Source of the DNA: a virus
DNA length: 64,000 nt
Strand: one strand, 5' to 3'
Virus record (IMG/VR): IMGVR_UViG_3300037521_000114
Span: 1 to 64,000 of that record
Position numbers and translations under genes: made by a program. Below the pieces are notes generated by a model, which was given only the letters and a program-made list of their open reading frames with translations, was not told the DNA's origin and did not search any database. This document shows, piece by piece, positions 55,801 to 64,000 of this stretch. Numbering within the stretch: position 1 is the stretch's first letter; each line of letters begins with the position of its first letter.

Positions 55801-58362
55801 ATGAACGACTTTTGCTCCTGTTGCTAAGAACAGTTGCATGATCTGAGCCGATGTATTAGCTATAAATGTATCAGTATCTACATCAGAAGCATCAATATTA
55901 CTAACAGTTAAAAGACCACCTACCCAAGTGAAACCTGATGTGTAGAAAAAGTTGTTTGGACCTGAGTTCATGATCGGTATCTCTCCTGCTAATCCGAAAA
56001 GGACTTGTGTAGGTAAAGCGTCAAACACTGCTCCGGAAGTTGGCAAATGAGTGTCGTCATCTGTTAGAGTGGTTTCAATAGTATCAACAGTAGCTCCTGT
56101 GGTGAGTTGTAATGAGCCTCCTGTAAAGGTTCCTGCTGAAATATCAAGTGTTACTACGAGATTAGAGTTCAATGCAGTCAGTGTAGTACCATCGTAATAC
56201 AGTTTGTTATCCTTTATCAACTGTCCGGTCACTAAATCACTGAGTACCAGTAGAGGTGTAGTAGGTGCGATCAGTGCTGCAACGTAGATATTCGATACCT
56301 TGAGTATGCTTGAGTCATATATCAACCCTGTTGAATATGAGAAATTTGATGCTCCATCAGAAAATGGAATCTTACCAATGCTTCCTATACTGATTACACT
56401 GTTAGGTCCGGGAACCCATTCTCCTCCATTCCACGTCAATACTTCAGATAGATTCGGTGCAACAGTGCTTGTATCAACATCAGAATGAGTGTCGATTGAT
56501 CCGTCAGCAGAAATTTTAAGGGTGTTTAAATCTACTGCAACATCAACTTCATCAATAGCATCTTGGACATTTGTTGCTGCAAGACCTGAACCTGAGTTAT
56601 CATAGCTTACATCAGCAGCAATAGCACCTCCGGGAGCAGCTTCCCAATAAGTACCGTTGAACGTAAGAACGTCATTGAGAGAAAGAGAGGTAATGTTTAC
56701 ATCAGCATTATCATTTAATACTTTTATAGGAGGAACTCGTACAAATGTATTGTGAAGATTTCCAACATATACATCAAACGTTTTTGCTGGTCCTTCTGTA
56801 CCTAATTTTGTACAAAGAATGTGAGCACGGAATCTGGTAGTAGCTGGTATTATTATCTCTTCTCTTAGAGTACCAGATACATTGATATTGTATCTCTGAA
56901 CAGAACTCATGTTTCTAATATCACTCTTCAATACAGCAAGAGGACGTACACCGAGATCACCAACTGGTTCTGATAGTATTCCGGAATCAGTAACTACACC
57001 TGCTGAATCAGCAAGATAAATTTCTACAGTAATTATCTCATTTGCTCTACCATCATCTACCTCTACCTCAACTCTTCCGTTATAAGTACCTGCAAAAAAT
57101 CTTTGAGGAAGTGGAAACGCATCACTGAGAAAGTCACTTGGAAGAGGAAGAGTCTGATTATCATCGACTATTACACTGAGTTGAACACTTCCGACAGTAC
57201 CTTTATCTTCTAATTTTACTGCATAAAAGGTTGCAGCACCCGATGCTGCATCTCCTGTAAACCATTGATTCTGATGTACGATACCAGCAAGATTCAGTTC
57301 ACTTACACCAATAGGATAGATCGTGGAAACGAATATAACTCCGTCAGAATTACCCTCTACTGCAACGATACCTATTGCAAATGGATTATCAACAGGTTCA
57401 ACATTGGTCATCTCTCCGAAACTAACAGGATCGACCCACAAAAGGTCTCCAACTGTCCACGCTGAAGTATCTACACTTTTGACATATCCGTATGTAACGA
57501 GCTTGAATTTCCCTGTGACACCACTGACAGCAGTAGTATTCAGTCCAAATGGAATACCTTTACGTAGGTCTCCTGCTCTCGGTCTGCTTACTTTCAGGAA
57601 ATCAGGATCGGGAATATGTGTCCCAACAACCATATAAACCTTTGGAGTTGACGCTGGTACAGGTGTTAATGTCTCATCAATGACGTTTATAAATACCTCT
57701 TGTCCAAGATTTTGAACCTGTCCGTCGGTAGTTGGAGGTAAATAATAGGTATCAGTACCCGGATCGTAGTTTACTGTTGCAACAAATGTAAATTCTAATC
57801 CGGTTTCTCCACCGTTTACAGTAGCATATCTACCTGCTTGACCAGTATAATCACTTGGAGTATCGTCCAGTTCAAGAAAACTCTTAGCGTAAGTCAATGC
57901 AACTTCATCTATAGCGTCCTGAACATTGGTAGAAATCATTGGAAAAGATGGAGCAAATGTAACAAGTGCAGCAGCATAATCTGCATATTCACCTACCACA
58001 TCTCCTATACGACCAAAGACTGAATCTACAGGAAAATCTATAAGAGCGTGTATATCTCCGTGATAATACTTCTGTGTGTTTGAATCATAGTGGAGAACGT
58101 CATTATTCCCTCTAACCTTATCAACATCAATGAGTTCAATGAGTCTATTTACTCCGGAATAATTAGGAGTAGAAGGAGTTTCCAATAGAATTATACCGTC
58201 AGTAGGAACTTGTTCTGGAAGAGGTATTGGATCACTTACCTGAACGATCCCATCTGTCCCAACAAGAACTCCGGGAGAAGGTGTTACTTCCGGAAGCACA
58301 ATCAAAGGCGTTGATCCTACAGGTGGAGTTCCTGCTCCACCACCGAGTTCTATGATAGCCAT
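49894..58362 (-). CDS. Giant tail fibre/spike (about 2820 aa) with C-terminal peptidase-S74 intramolecular chaperone
   Basis: Gly/Thr/Ser-rich repeats; C-terminal TSDIRNKKDI...F.WK...GWIAQE...AIQQLKAEID; ATG at 58362 (MAIIELGG). Confidence 0.85.
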   Translation of the reverse strand: MAIIELGGGAGTPPVGSTPLIVLPEVTPSPGVLVGTDGIVQVSDPIPLPEQVPTDGIILLETPSTPNYSGVNRLIELIDVDKVRGNNDVLHYDSNTQKYYHGDIHALIDFPVDSVFGRIGDVVGEYADYAAALVTFAPSFPMISTNVQDAIDEVALTYAKSFLELDDTPSDYTGQAGRYATVNGGETGLEFTFVATVNYDPGTDTYYLPPTTDGQVQNLGQEVFINVIDETLTPVPASTPKVYMVVGTHIPDPDFLKVSRPRAGDLRKGIPFGLNTTAVSGVTGKFKLVTYGYVKSVDTSAWTVGDLLWVDPVSFGEMTNVEPVDNPFAIGIVAVEGNSDGVIFVSTIYPIGVSELNLAGIVHQNQWFTGDAASGAATFYAVKLEDKGTVGSVQLSVIVDDNQTLPLPSDFLSDAFPLPQRFFAGTYNGRVEVEVDDGRANEIITVEIYLADSAGVVTDSGILSEPVGDLGVRPLAVLKSDIRNMSSVQRYNINVSGTLREEIIIPATTRFRAHILCTKLGTEGPAKTFDVYVGNLHNTFVRVPPIKVLNDNADVNITSLSLNDVLTFNGTYWEAAPGGAIAADVSYDNSGSGLAATNVQDAIDEVDVAVDLNTLKISADGSIDTHSDVDTSTVAPNLSEVLTWNGGEWVPGPNSVISIGSIGKIPFSDGASNFSYSTGLIYDSSILKVSNIYVAALIAPTTPLLVLSDLVTGQLIKDNKLYYDGTTLTALNSNLVVTLDISAGTFTGGSLQLTTGATVDTIETTLTDDDTHLPTSGAVFDALPTQVLFGLAGEIPIMNSGPNNFFYTSGFTWVGGLLTVSNIDASDVDTDTFIANTSAQIMQLFLATGAKVVHIEDTALTGAADALVNDDVITAAIAASVITDYVTVTTNQTVTGEKTFSAHGEFSLTLDVGANSRPVTTDHDLFVGNSLQVGTAFNYATGTSRTDLTVGHLTGQSRFLFGQSNGTYGGLIWAYNATPANATLQMYVNGAGTMLEFNQTGQIFAPTLGSDDTEDHFLGIDDSTGLLTKRSVASLGLASYGTTTQVPYMNPGGDDFLYSAAFLFNGTNIITTGSINATGGLVIDGSTTIIKDGSNNLEFTDGVTGTKTLAELSQLLSLGTVGQMPYMNAGGTDFSYSPSLHYTTGVFNAPNINVSAIAASSIAQLVTTAVATGALGTSTDLTWDGTTLDIGTGKKGAVESLLFKQGSAIVGVLEGLVWWNDNEYTLNIDTGLGPVLQVGQEIFLLIYNDTGGQLDNLTVLRPKAGFLVGSLILPTVQKTDASVWIGVEGTIMVATMDIPDGEVGLATRFGRARGGDGSGGSVGETWLLGDQLYVSETPGELTNVRPEFPSYNISVGGVVDNSTAPDGEVFVSLTRSFNDTFDNFHNGTIRESFSFVVTEAGGVITGHLDDQEGNDWLTYLFEDGFHLVDTSSTIDIILTAGDDDDPITNYVYILESTKALTLSTVGFPIVEHIKVAQIVLQSATTTGTDGPLRNQNFNDHLQDTAGQGHLAHIGAKLRRFDSQWDTGTEGVVTVDTGPTPDDVWLTVTSGSIFQMHPQPFDAFDLEVSGHIHVVNHDTTPYVAISNLNTQLDTALGVSMNNTSFSFVVWGVVNSAGEPSQLMMNLPVDTYSFNTPDTAVQDPANYAVYTIPSIFQGVGFLIARFTFTYKNDLWVLYDTEDLRGKLPNTSAGGGAGGTGVTTFLALTDTPASYIGAALQIPQVNAGVTALEFTDSPTVATLYFNDTNTYIDESASELQFTDTVNGSVLLSSLISSLTVGTVGQIPYVNAGGTDFDYSSSLHYTTGVLNVVGGITVSSLAAASTAQPILSTVATGAFATSINFTFSGTLLSVTGGVTVSALTTTGSFKFTGGQQVDTIELSLTNDDTHLPTSGAVFDALAALPPGISFGAQYQIPYVNSTTDDFDYVSALRYEMGVLYAANVTIPALAAATQPEVVTSAVATGALATSGNLTFSGSLLTVTGDLTVTVDAILGSLKLSSSAAIIDAIQTTITDLDSALPTSGAVVDYVAAQAYTHPNHSGQVDSVGDGAQSLNSTAITAQGPKASVVGSENLLMEDSGTLYEIALGQLDNYLNANLNFNDYTHPNHTGQVTSTGDGGQVAQASIITSQTPGGAISGTDTWLRQSSGILTEATVTQIETYMQANLSFSTQTLALGLSGEVPYMNGGGTDFLYTAAVGYFSGAFTVPTLKVSGLSTSGRVIYTAASGQLTTNANMEFDGTELEVNTLSLSAGTGVDTIETTLTNDADHIAASSAIFAAIGAVATQWTTDANGITYAGNIGVGLASNATVKFYVQPDAGDVAIAMFNNYAYSAWVDYPTSLPNRTLVISRTPGNEGLNDYTAISLQCTAGVGKNNYCVLAVQGTSATTQQARFNIMLRGGGTTDYENVLSIDYDSTYWFRNNGGDLSLMLREAGTTKYIFGFDDALDAFILAAGGAYPTGVGRTLSASRFKMTNAGKVFFETNDNTAYSATAVNTANLYIYNTSVSNVTTNFAQLQLRVYNAATSWLPIVQLSCRQLTTASHDSVFTVGLRANNTGTYYEAFAAQSDGIFYMRSEGTAEDIRIRLAQQAGGIVCTYGWDDSTSAFVVDIGTGGTLGTAPYYQFDTNIFTMWGSTSATFTLDALTSTALIYLQSASSQDSRIHFRYNGSTNVVVGWDAGLSIFQIHTSSSFTTLASGDFSITSTGDIYMGTLASATGTYYMRYNTTSGQVSYTTSDIRNKKDIKPFEVDALDALMRFDPKSFTWKADNKKAIGWIAQEGMEVIPDMFPFIEKIDRYGMDEFNILPYYHRAIQQLKAEIDDLRAQLNNN
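51500..56400 (-). repeat. Internal protein repeats of the tail fibre
   Basis: About 7 copies of G..G(Q/E)(I/V/M)PY.N.GG.DF.Y, about 4 of VDTIE.TLT.D..HLPTSGAVF.A, and 2 of YTHPNH.GQV.S.GDG. Confidence 0.75.
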
Positions 58363-58363
58363 A

Positions 58364-59143
58364 TTAGTAGTAAAGTTTACTACCATTCTTAACCATGTCG
58401 TCAAGAACGATAAGCATATTTATAAGTTCTTCGGTCTTGGCTATAAAAGCAGAGGTTTCGATTGCTGTCAGATACGCTCCCATGAGATCAGTTTCCATGA
58501 TTTTCCACAGAGCATCACTGTCCTGACAGTCGCACCATGCTGGAATTTGTCGATATTTATCGTACACAGCGACTTTCACCTGACCATAAACGAGAATGGT
58601 GACTTCGAGAAGTTGAGTTACTTCAGTAGCACCAAGCTGATCTTCACCAGTATAAGTGACATTGTACTCAAGCGCATACAGACCATCTTCAAGCAACTCA
58701 TCAGCTCCATCACCAAGTAAATCTGATGTAATGGTAAAAACCAGTTCAGATTGATCTGTAAACGGTCCAGTATTCAGAGCATATAAATCAACTTGATCTT
58801 TAACCTGTGCTGTATTTGAAACTCCTGTAACAGTTGTGTCAAGTGTGATAGCAGTAATCTCAGTCACTTTTGCAGTAACTTGTTGGAGTTCCATTGTTCC
58901 ACTGAGAGCAGCAGCCGATGTAGCTATAAATCGTTCACCAACTAAACCATTTGCAGCACCTATACCAATAAAAAAAGCAGTATTTCCATTGTTATTTACA
59001 ATCTGATATAGAGTGTTTGTTACAGTAGGAGCAGTTGCTACAAGATTTGGAACAATCGAATAGTCGTAGTTGCTGGTATCTGTCAGAACAATAGCTTTGT
59101 TATCGTTCTGCTCTTGATATCCTAAAGACATTGTAAGGTCCAT
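58364..59143 (-). CDS. Structural protein, possible tail-hub subunit
   Basis: 259 aa; DGLY.LEY and C.C near a helical C-terminus; upstream of the tail fibre. Confidence 0.55.
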   Translation of the reverse strand: MDLTMSLGYQEQNDNKAIVLTDTSNYDYSIVPNLVATAPTVTNTLYQIVNNNGNTAFFIGIGAANGLVGERFIATSAAALSGTMELQQVTAKVTEITAITLDTTVTGVSNTAQVKDQVDLYALNTGPFTDQSELVFTITSDLLGDGADELLEDGLYALEYNVTYTGEDQLGATEVTQLLEVTILVYGQVKVAVYDKYRQIPAWCDCQDSDALWKIMETDLMGAYLTAIETSAFIAKTEELINMLIVLDDMVKNGSKLYY

Positions 59144-59155
59144 CTTATTTAAGTT

Positions 59156-59806
59156 TTAACGATTAAAATTAAATAACGTACTAAGATTGATACCTATCTT
59201 CACAGCATAGACATTCTGATCACCCTGTCGTCTGTACTGAAAGCCGTAAATTCGGTTATATTTCACCAAATCATAGTCTATTCCAAAGGTAAAGAATTTA
59301 TCATTACCACCTGCTATTGCAGATAGATAGTGTCCGGTGACATATTTAGGTACTTTTATCGTCGTTATAATAGGCTTATACACAGGCTTTTCCGTAACCG
59401 TTTCGATTGTCCGGATCACGGTGCGATAATCCCACTCAATTTTTAGGTCTTCAATGGCTCCCTTTACCATAATATCAACCCACACATTGATCTCCTTTTC
59501 CCTGACAAGCGAATCCCTGTAATGGGTGATCGTAGTATCTCTCTCGTCTATTTCGGCTGTCGGGGTACTGGTAGTACTTTCGATCTTAGTAATGTAAACT
59601 GTGTCAGTTTTGGTTACAACAGGCTCCATTGGAAGATTTTCAATGGAATCAACGAAAGTGATAAAAGCATTTAAAGAGTCTACAACAGTTTGATTGACAA
59701 TGACTTTTCCTTCAGGGAGAGGTTTAAATTTGTACACAATCCATCCTCCTACTAACATACCGATAAGTAGAAAAAAGAAAAGTCCTATTGCACTACTCCT
59801 TCTCAT
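59156..59806 (-). CDS. Membrane-anchored protein of the lysis cassette, possibly spanin-like
   Basis: N-terminal TM helix, DTVY/T-rich stalk, beta-rich C-terminus; follows the endolysin and a small TM gene. Confidence 0.5.
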   Translation of the reverse strand: MRRSSAIGLFFFLLIGMLVGGWIVYKFKPLPEGKVIVNQTVVDSLNAFITFVDSIENLPMEPVVTKTDTVYITKIESTTSTPTAEIDERDTTITHYRDSLVREKEINVWVDIMVKGAIEDLKIEWDYRTVIRTIETVTEKPVYKPIITTIKVPKYVTGHYLSAIAGGNDKFFTFGIDYDLVKYNRIYGFQYRRQGDQNVYAVKIGINLSTLFNFNR

Positions 59807-60038
59807 TCACCTCGATCTCTTTTTGTTTCGTTTTATTCCATCCTGAGCCTGTAAGTAGAGCAGCAAGACCACCTACGAATATTCCTATTCCGGACCACTC
59901 TACCGTTTCACCTTTAAATGTCTGTATAACTACATGAACCATAATGCCTATAATTGCGAGAGCGACTGAAATTGAAATTATAGTTAAACTAAATCTCATC
60001 GCTGATCCTTTGACTATCGCTTTAGGTTTTGTTCTCAT
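59793..60038 (-). CDS. Putative holin (2 TM)
   Basis: 81 aa, two TM helices, charged tail, SAMRF motif, adjacent to endolysin. Confidence 0.6.
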   Translation of the reverse strand: MRTKPKAIVKGSAMRFSLTIISISVALAIIGIMVHVVIQTFKGETVEWSGIGIFVGGLAALLTGSGWNKTKQKEIEVNEKE

Positions 60039-60532
60039 GGTACATATAGTTCAACGTGTGGACGGTCATAAAAGTTGTTATCTGCAAGATCACCATCCTT
60101 ATCCCAATTCCCTCCCCACCGGACTTTATGAGTAATAACTCCTTGCAGAAACAAGAAGTCACCAGCCATGACCAGAGATGCTGCAATATATGTGAGATGT
60201 GGTATATCCCAAATGAGTTCAGGTTTATCTGGTACATACACGCAGAAATCTACTGCAAGAGATGGGTTGTGATTATGCTTTCCTACGATAGCGTAACCAT
60301 CAATATTGGTCTTCTTCAGTTTAGGTTTAGTCAGTTTCCACCGTCCATCAATAAATTCTCTACCTGATTTGTAGAGTTCATGTTGTCTCTCAACAGGTCG
60401 GTATCCCTCTGTGAGGGTAAAATCTACGAGACAATACTTTAATACCCAGTCTATAACTGTTTGTAGATCAGTATGTAAAGTGTCGAATTGTATCTTCGAT
60501 CTGTTGCCTAAACTATGTGGTAGTAAGCTCAT
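60035..60532 (-). CDS. Endolysin, peptidase M15 (L-Ala-D-Glu peptidase-like)
   Basis: EGYR..ERQ..L, KHN..PSLAVD, RWGGNWD, DRPHVEL. Confidence 0.9.
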   Translation of the reverse strand: MSLLPHSLGNRSKIQFDTLHTDLQTVIDWVLKYCLVDFTLTEGYRPVERQHELYKSGREFIDGRWKLTKPKLKKTNIDGYAIVGKHNHNPSLAVDFCVYVPDKPELIWDIPHLTYIAASLVMAGDFLFLQGVITHKVRWGGNWDKDGDLADNNFYDRPHVELYVP

Positions 60533-60846
60533 GGTTTCTGACGATTAACTTGTGCAATATACTGCTTCACCTCATCAAGCATATCCTTGATCTCAGCTCT
60601 TGTCACATAGGTTTCCTTGATGTCCCGAATATCATGGGTATTGGCATTTATAACCAATACCTTATCGTTCGCAAAATCAATGTGATTATCGAATTTTACA
60701 GCTACGATTGCCAGTTCAATTTGCAAGACTTCTGTATTATCGTTCAGCTCCTTTACTCGTCCTAATGCTACAGTCATAATCGACAACAATACCGACAGCA
60801 ATACCGTATTGACCCATCGTGAGATGTTTTCTTTTTTCACATTCAT
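60529..60846 (-). CDS. Single-TM coiled-coil protein (holin/antiholin-like)
   Basis: ATG at 60846 (MNVKKEN), TM WVNTVLLSVLLSIMTVAL, YVTRAE; the longer start lies inside a terminator. Confidence 0.55.
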   Translation of the reverse strand: MNVKKENISRWVNTVLLSVLLSIMTVALGRVKELNDNTEVLQIELAIVAVKFDNHIDFANDKVLVINANTHDIRDIKETYVTRAEIKDMLDEVKQYIAQVNRQKP

Positions 60847-60868
60847 GGTAGTGTAAAATTGAATATAG

Positions 60869-60903
60869 AAAAAAAGGGAACATGGGATTTCCATGCTCCC
60901 TTT
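60869..60903 (-). terminator. Intrinsic terminator after the 432-aa structural gene
   Basis: Minus strand AAAGGGAGCATGG-aaatc-CCATGTTCCCTTTTTTT. Confidence 0.85.
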
Positions 60904-60927
60904 ATTATGAAAGGTTGTCGCCTACTA

Positions 60928-62226
60928 TTAGGTTACGTTCCCAACTTGAGCAGAACCGATTCCCCACAGGGTTACGATGATCTGGTCAAGAGCCAAAAGA
61001 CCGAGACTGTCGGCTTCCGCAGTATTGGATACCAGTGTTCCATCTCCGTTCACGTCCACGTCCCATGCAACCATGATAGTCTTGGGAGACTCGGTTGGAG
61101 TTCCCTGAGCAGCCTTGAGGTTATGCTCATGCTCGATAACGAGCGTATCGTACCATGTAGTACCAATTCCATCAGTACGATTCACAACACCTGCTTCAGG
61201 GAAGCCTCTGTAAATGAACTCGTCAGACTGAAGTTCTCCTTCAAGATTGGCAATATACTGTCCTGTTCCGACTCCGGGAAAAGCTGCGGTGGTAGTGATG
61301 ATCGAAGGACCAGCGTTGGCAAAGTCAATCTGAGTGCTCCAAAAGCAAACATTTGACCAGTAGTAACCTGCTTTGAACTCACGATCTACACCGAGAAGTT
61401 TCACACCATAACCAGCAGCTAAGGCAGTAGCAGTAGCTACGATAGCCACAGCAGCCTCGGCAGCAACAATAGTGTCACCCTGAAATGCTTGGGAAAGAAC
61501 TGCGGTTTCACTTGCAGCGTCGATTGACACGACCTTATACAGAACTGCTGTAAGAACAGTGTCGTCCGGACCAACGAGATCGCCAACTGAAAGAACAGCG
61601 TCGATGGCAGTTGCAGCAAGAATTACCTTACTCCCCTTTGTAAAGGTAACTGTACCTGTACCAGTTGCAGCAGTCCTTGCTCCACCGTTGGTCATTCCAA
61701 AAGTGATATCCTGTTCAGTTTCACGAGAGTAGTTAGCAATCAGACTTGCAACAAGTCCAAGAGCAATAGCCTCCTGAGTATAACTTGCAGCCAGAGAGTT
61801 CGACTTATAAAAGCCTTCCTTGATTTTTTGCTGCATGAAACCAGCAGTGGTCTTGTCAAGGATGTTCAACCTGATGGTGTAGATGTTGGTAGCGGCTCCA
61901 TCAATCGAACCGGAAACACCGTTCCATCCAACATAATCAAGTTGTTGAGTCTCCTTTGCAGTGGGAGTCAGATTGTAATGCTTCACCATGTAAGGAAGAA
62001 TGATATCGGAATGAATGAGCTTGGTCCCACTCCTTTGAATGAACTTGAATCCTAATGCTGCTTCAGCAGCAGTAGTTGCGTTGTTAAGAACAACGTTTCC
62101 GGGAGTTGTAATGACAACTTCACCATCTGCAAGTTGAGTGTAGACGTTGATTAACTCATCTACGACAGCACCCCTTGAAGGGTCTTTTCCGATAAAAAGT
62201 TGAGTTACGTTTCTAATTGTGTCCAT
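60928..62226 (-). CDS. Structural protein, probable auxiliary capsid protein (crAss gene-73-like)
   Basis: NVTQLFIG N-terminus, G.GTG..IA.LE...YR, YDTLVIEH; followed by a strong terminator; synteny. Confidence 0.65.
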   Translation of the reverse strand: MDTIRNVTQLFIGKDPSRGAVVDELINVYTQLADGEVVITTPGNVVLNNATTAAEAALGFKFIQRSGTKLIHSDIILPYMVKHYNLTPTAKETQQLDYVGWNGVSGSIDGAATNIYTIRLNILDKTTAGFMQQKIKEGFYKSNSLAASYTQEAIALGLVASLIANYSRETEQDITFGMTNGGARTAATGTGTVTFTKGSKVILAATAIDAVLSVGDLVGPDDTVLTAVLYKVVSIDAASETAVLSQAFQGDTIVAAEAAVAIVATATALAAGYGVKLLGVDREFKAGYYWSNVCFWSTQIDFANAGPSIITTTAAFPGVGTGQYIANLEGELQSDEFIYRGFPEAGVVNRTDGIGTTWYDTLVIEHEHNLKAAQGTPTESPKTIMVAWDVDVNGDGTLVSNTAEADSLGLLALDQIIVTLWGIGSAQVGNVT

Positions 62227-62260
62227 TGTATATGAGTATTAAGTTAAACTAAAAATATTT

Positions 62261-63256
62261 TTATTCCTGTTGTTCTTGTATAGTACTGATCTGAAATCCT
62301 TTCTCATCCTGAAGTGCAGCGTAGGCAAGTTTAACAGCCTTATCTACAATTGCACGATGTATAATCGGATCAAGTTCACAATTAAGTCCTGTGTGATAAT
62401 CTACAAACCAAATTCCATCTATAGTATCGTCTGTACCAGCATATACCACATCACTTGTCTCAGGAACAATGATCGCTCTTGGTTTCCGATCAATGTGCAG
62501 ATGTATAGTCGTGAGGGTAAATGTCCCATCAGTTATATACTCATGTTCTTTTGAGGATTCGTCTGCACTGTCGATCCTCCAAATCTTTCTGATGTTTGGC
62601 TTCTTGTAAGGATTGTCCTTATTTATACTGTAGAAGTCATCATCTATTGGGTCTACTTCAATATCAGTAATCGCATTTCCTGCAATTTTATCAAAGTAGA
62701 AATTACCTGCTATCAAAGCAATGTCTGCTCTTTCATTACGGACCTTGAGAACAGGATCAGCAACAATGAGTGTTCCAGCTACTCCTGCTTCACTTGTATC
62801 TACAGGAGTTTGAGATGATACTGTAAGACTACCCGTTGCAACCTTTTTAACAACATATTCTATATTATTAGCAGTAGTTGTAGCACCTGTAACAGTTATC
62901 ACATCTCCTTCACGAAATCCAGCAGTTACGAATCCGTTTGCACTATCTTGAATAACATTGGGTCCTGATACAAAACTGAGAGTAGCACCCCCTATAGAAA
63001 CCTGTAGGGGGGTACTAAACCCGTTTGGATAGTTACCAGCAGTAAATGTCGAAAGGGGAATGACCTGCCTCAGACGAGACATAGCTTTCTTATTCTTCTC
63101 ATCATAAGCACTGGACTCAAGTATGTCATAGACAAGCTGTTCCTGTGATCTGGTAAGAAATGTAGAAATCTCTTTCGGTACATATCCCGGAGCATCAAAG
63201 TTGGTTATGCGATCATATCCAACGTCAAACTCATATTTCATTTGTTCTGCGGTCAT
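62261..63256 (-). CDS. Tail ring protein (crAss gene-74-like) with an inserted beta-domain
   Basis: M...EFD..YD......PGY...EIS.FLT.SQ N-terminus, NPYKKP, CELDPIIH.AIVD.AV.LA C-terminus. Confidence 0.75.
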   Translation of the reverse strand: MTAEQMKYEFDVGYDRITNFDAPGYVPKEISTFLTRSQEQLVYDILESSAYDEKNKKAMSRLRQVIPLSTFTAGNYPNGFSTPLQVSIGGATLSFVSGPNVIQDSANGFVTAGFREGDVITVTGATTTANNIEYVVKKVATGSLTVSSQTPVDTSEAGVAGTLIVADPVLKVRNERADIALIAGNFYFDKIAGNAITDIEVDPIDDDFYSINKDNPYKKPNIRKIWRIDSADESSKEHEYITDGTFTLTTIHLHIDRKPRAIIVPETSDVVYAGTDDTIDGIWFVDYHTGLNCELDPIIHRAIVDKAVKLAYAALQDEKGFQISTIQEQQE

Positions 63257-63262
63257 GCTATT

Positions 63263-64000
63263 TTATTTAGCAAGGTCAATCTGATTCTTTATGCGTAAAT
63301 ACTCATCTTGATGTTTGTCATCCTTGAGCCACTGAATACACTGATGAAGACTCTTTCCGAGAGGAACACCATCGACAGTTTCGATGTTAGTTCCTACCAT
63401 CCTGAGTGATCCTGTTTTCAGACCTCTGTGTACCAGAAGTTTGAAGTCATAATTACCAGCATCCTCAATTACCTCAACAACTCCTGCAAGATCATTGTCG
63501 ATCAAATCCTGAATATCAGAATAGTAAGTATCCTTATTAGAGTTTTCACTCGGACGCTTACTCTTGGCGTTCTCAAGATAATAGACTGTGAGGAAGTCAA
63601 ACATTGTGTCTCCTGAAGAATCAATCTTCGAGAGGTACTTGTAAGCCTTCTTCATCAAGTCAGCCTTCCTGATCTTATCAGTAAATTGCTGTCCTTCATG
63701 CTGTAAGGCAATCCGGTAAGTACCACTTGCAAGTCTCTTATCCCACTCAGGAGCTACAATACCTCCATCAGGTTGTGAGTTTAACATCAGTACTTTATAC
63801 TGCAAATACTGTATCGGATCACTTAGGTCAAGAGTCATCAAGATCGTTTTATCAGTTACGATATCATCGGTCTTTCTGACGATTACCCTGAAATCGTGCC
63901 AGAAGTTGTCCTTCTTACGGTACGGATTCAGGTCTCCTCCTTCGAGATCAAGATCAGAATTATTTTCAAAGAACTCTCTTTCTTCAACTGTCAAGGGATT
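63263..64000 (-). CDS. Conserved crAss-like protein (gene-75-like), 5' end outside the window
   Basis: Frame is open to the window edge; NFW, LDLSDP.QYLQYKVL; synteny upstream of the gene-74-like ORF. Confidence 0.65.
   Translation of the reverse strand, partial: NPLTVEEREFFENNSDLDLEGGDLNPYRKKDNFWHDFRVIVRKTDDIVTDKTILMTLDLSDPIQYLQYKVLMLNSQPDGGIVAPEWDKRLASGTYRIALQHEGQQFTDKIRKADLMKKAYKYLSKIDSSGDTMFDFLTVYYLENAKSKRPSENSNKDTYYSDIQDLIDNDLAGVVEVIEDAGNYDFKLLVHRGLKTGSLRMVGTNIETVDGVPLGKSLHQCIQWLKDDKHQDEYLRIKNQIDLAK

Noticed and set aside
49894-58362. Diversity-generating retroelement TR/VR pair in the tail fibre
   Set aside because: The repeats are in-frame protein repeats with general divergence, not adenine-specific, and no reverse transcriptase is in the window.
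16904-63616. Numerous 60-211-aa ORFs antisense to or nested in the large minus-strand genes
   Set aside because: Shadow ORFs with no recognisable motifs, fully overlapping well-supported genes.
16627-64000. Stop-codon reassignment as in some crAss-like phages
   Set aside because: Genes up to 15 kb are uninterrupted under the standard code, TAG ends genes at normal boundaries (for example 1540 and 49894), and no suppressor tRNA is seen.

Overview
The window is part of a crAss-like (Crassvirales-type, probably Bacteroidota-infecting) phage genome using the standard genetic code. The + strand (1-16.5 kb) is an accessory block: uracil-DNA glycosylase, a vWA protein with a divergent adenylosuccinate-synthetase-like enzyme, an HNH nuclease, a TROVE/Ro60 (Rsr) protein, a 0.9-kb non-coding RNA array, tRNA-Gln, two HYR-like exported proteins, an SPFH protein and many small hypotheticals. 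It ends at a hairpin terminator at about 16.57 kb. The - strand (16.6-64 kb) is the conserved crAss-like virion module: gene-75/74/73-like proteins, a lysis cassette, a tail hub, a 2.8-kaa tail fibre with an S74 chaperone, ring proteins, an IHF-like protein, the muzzle/stabilisation protein, cargo proteins and a 5056-aa virion RNA polymerase polyprotein. The most striking element lies just after the Ro60 gene (8665-9528). It holds five Y-RNA-like units that share one scaffold (terminal stem, GUAGCAA-like/UUUC(N)UC internal loop, second stem, invariant UUACUUCG). Each carries a different tRNA-derived cargo: a possible Lys-like loop, a lone Leu(CAA) anticodon arm in a circularly permuted scaffold, a circularly permuted tRNA-Gln(UUG), a near-complete tRNA-Ile(GAU), and an acceptor-less Tyr(GUA) body. 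I infer a phage Ro60 plus tRNA-mimic/anticodon-decoy array. All structures were folded by eye, and product calls come from recognised motifs and gene order, not database searches.
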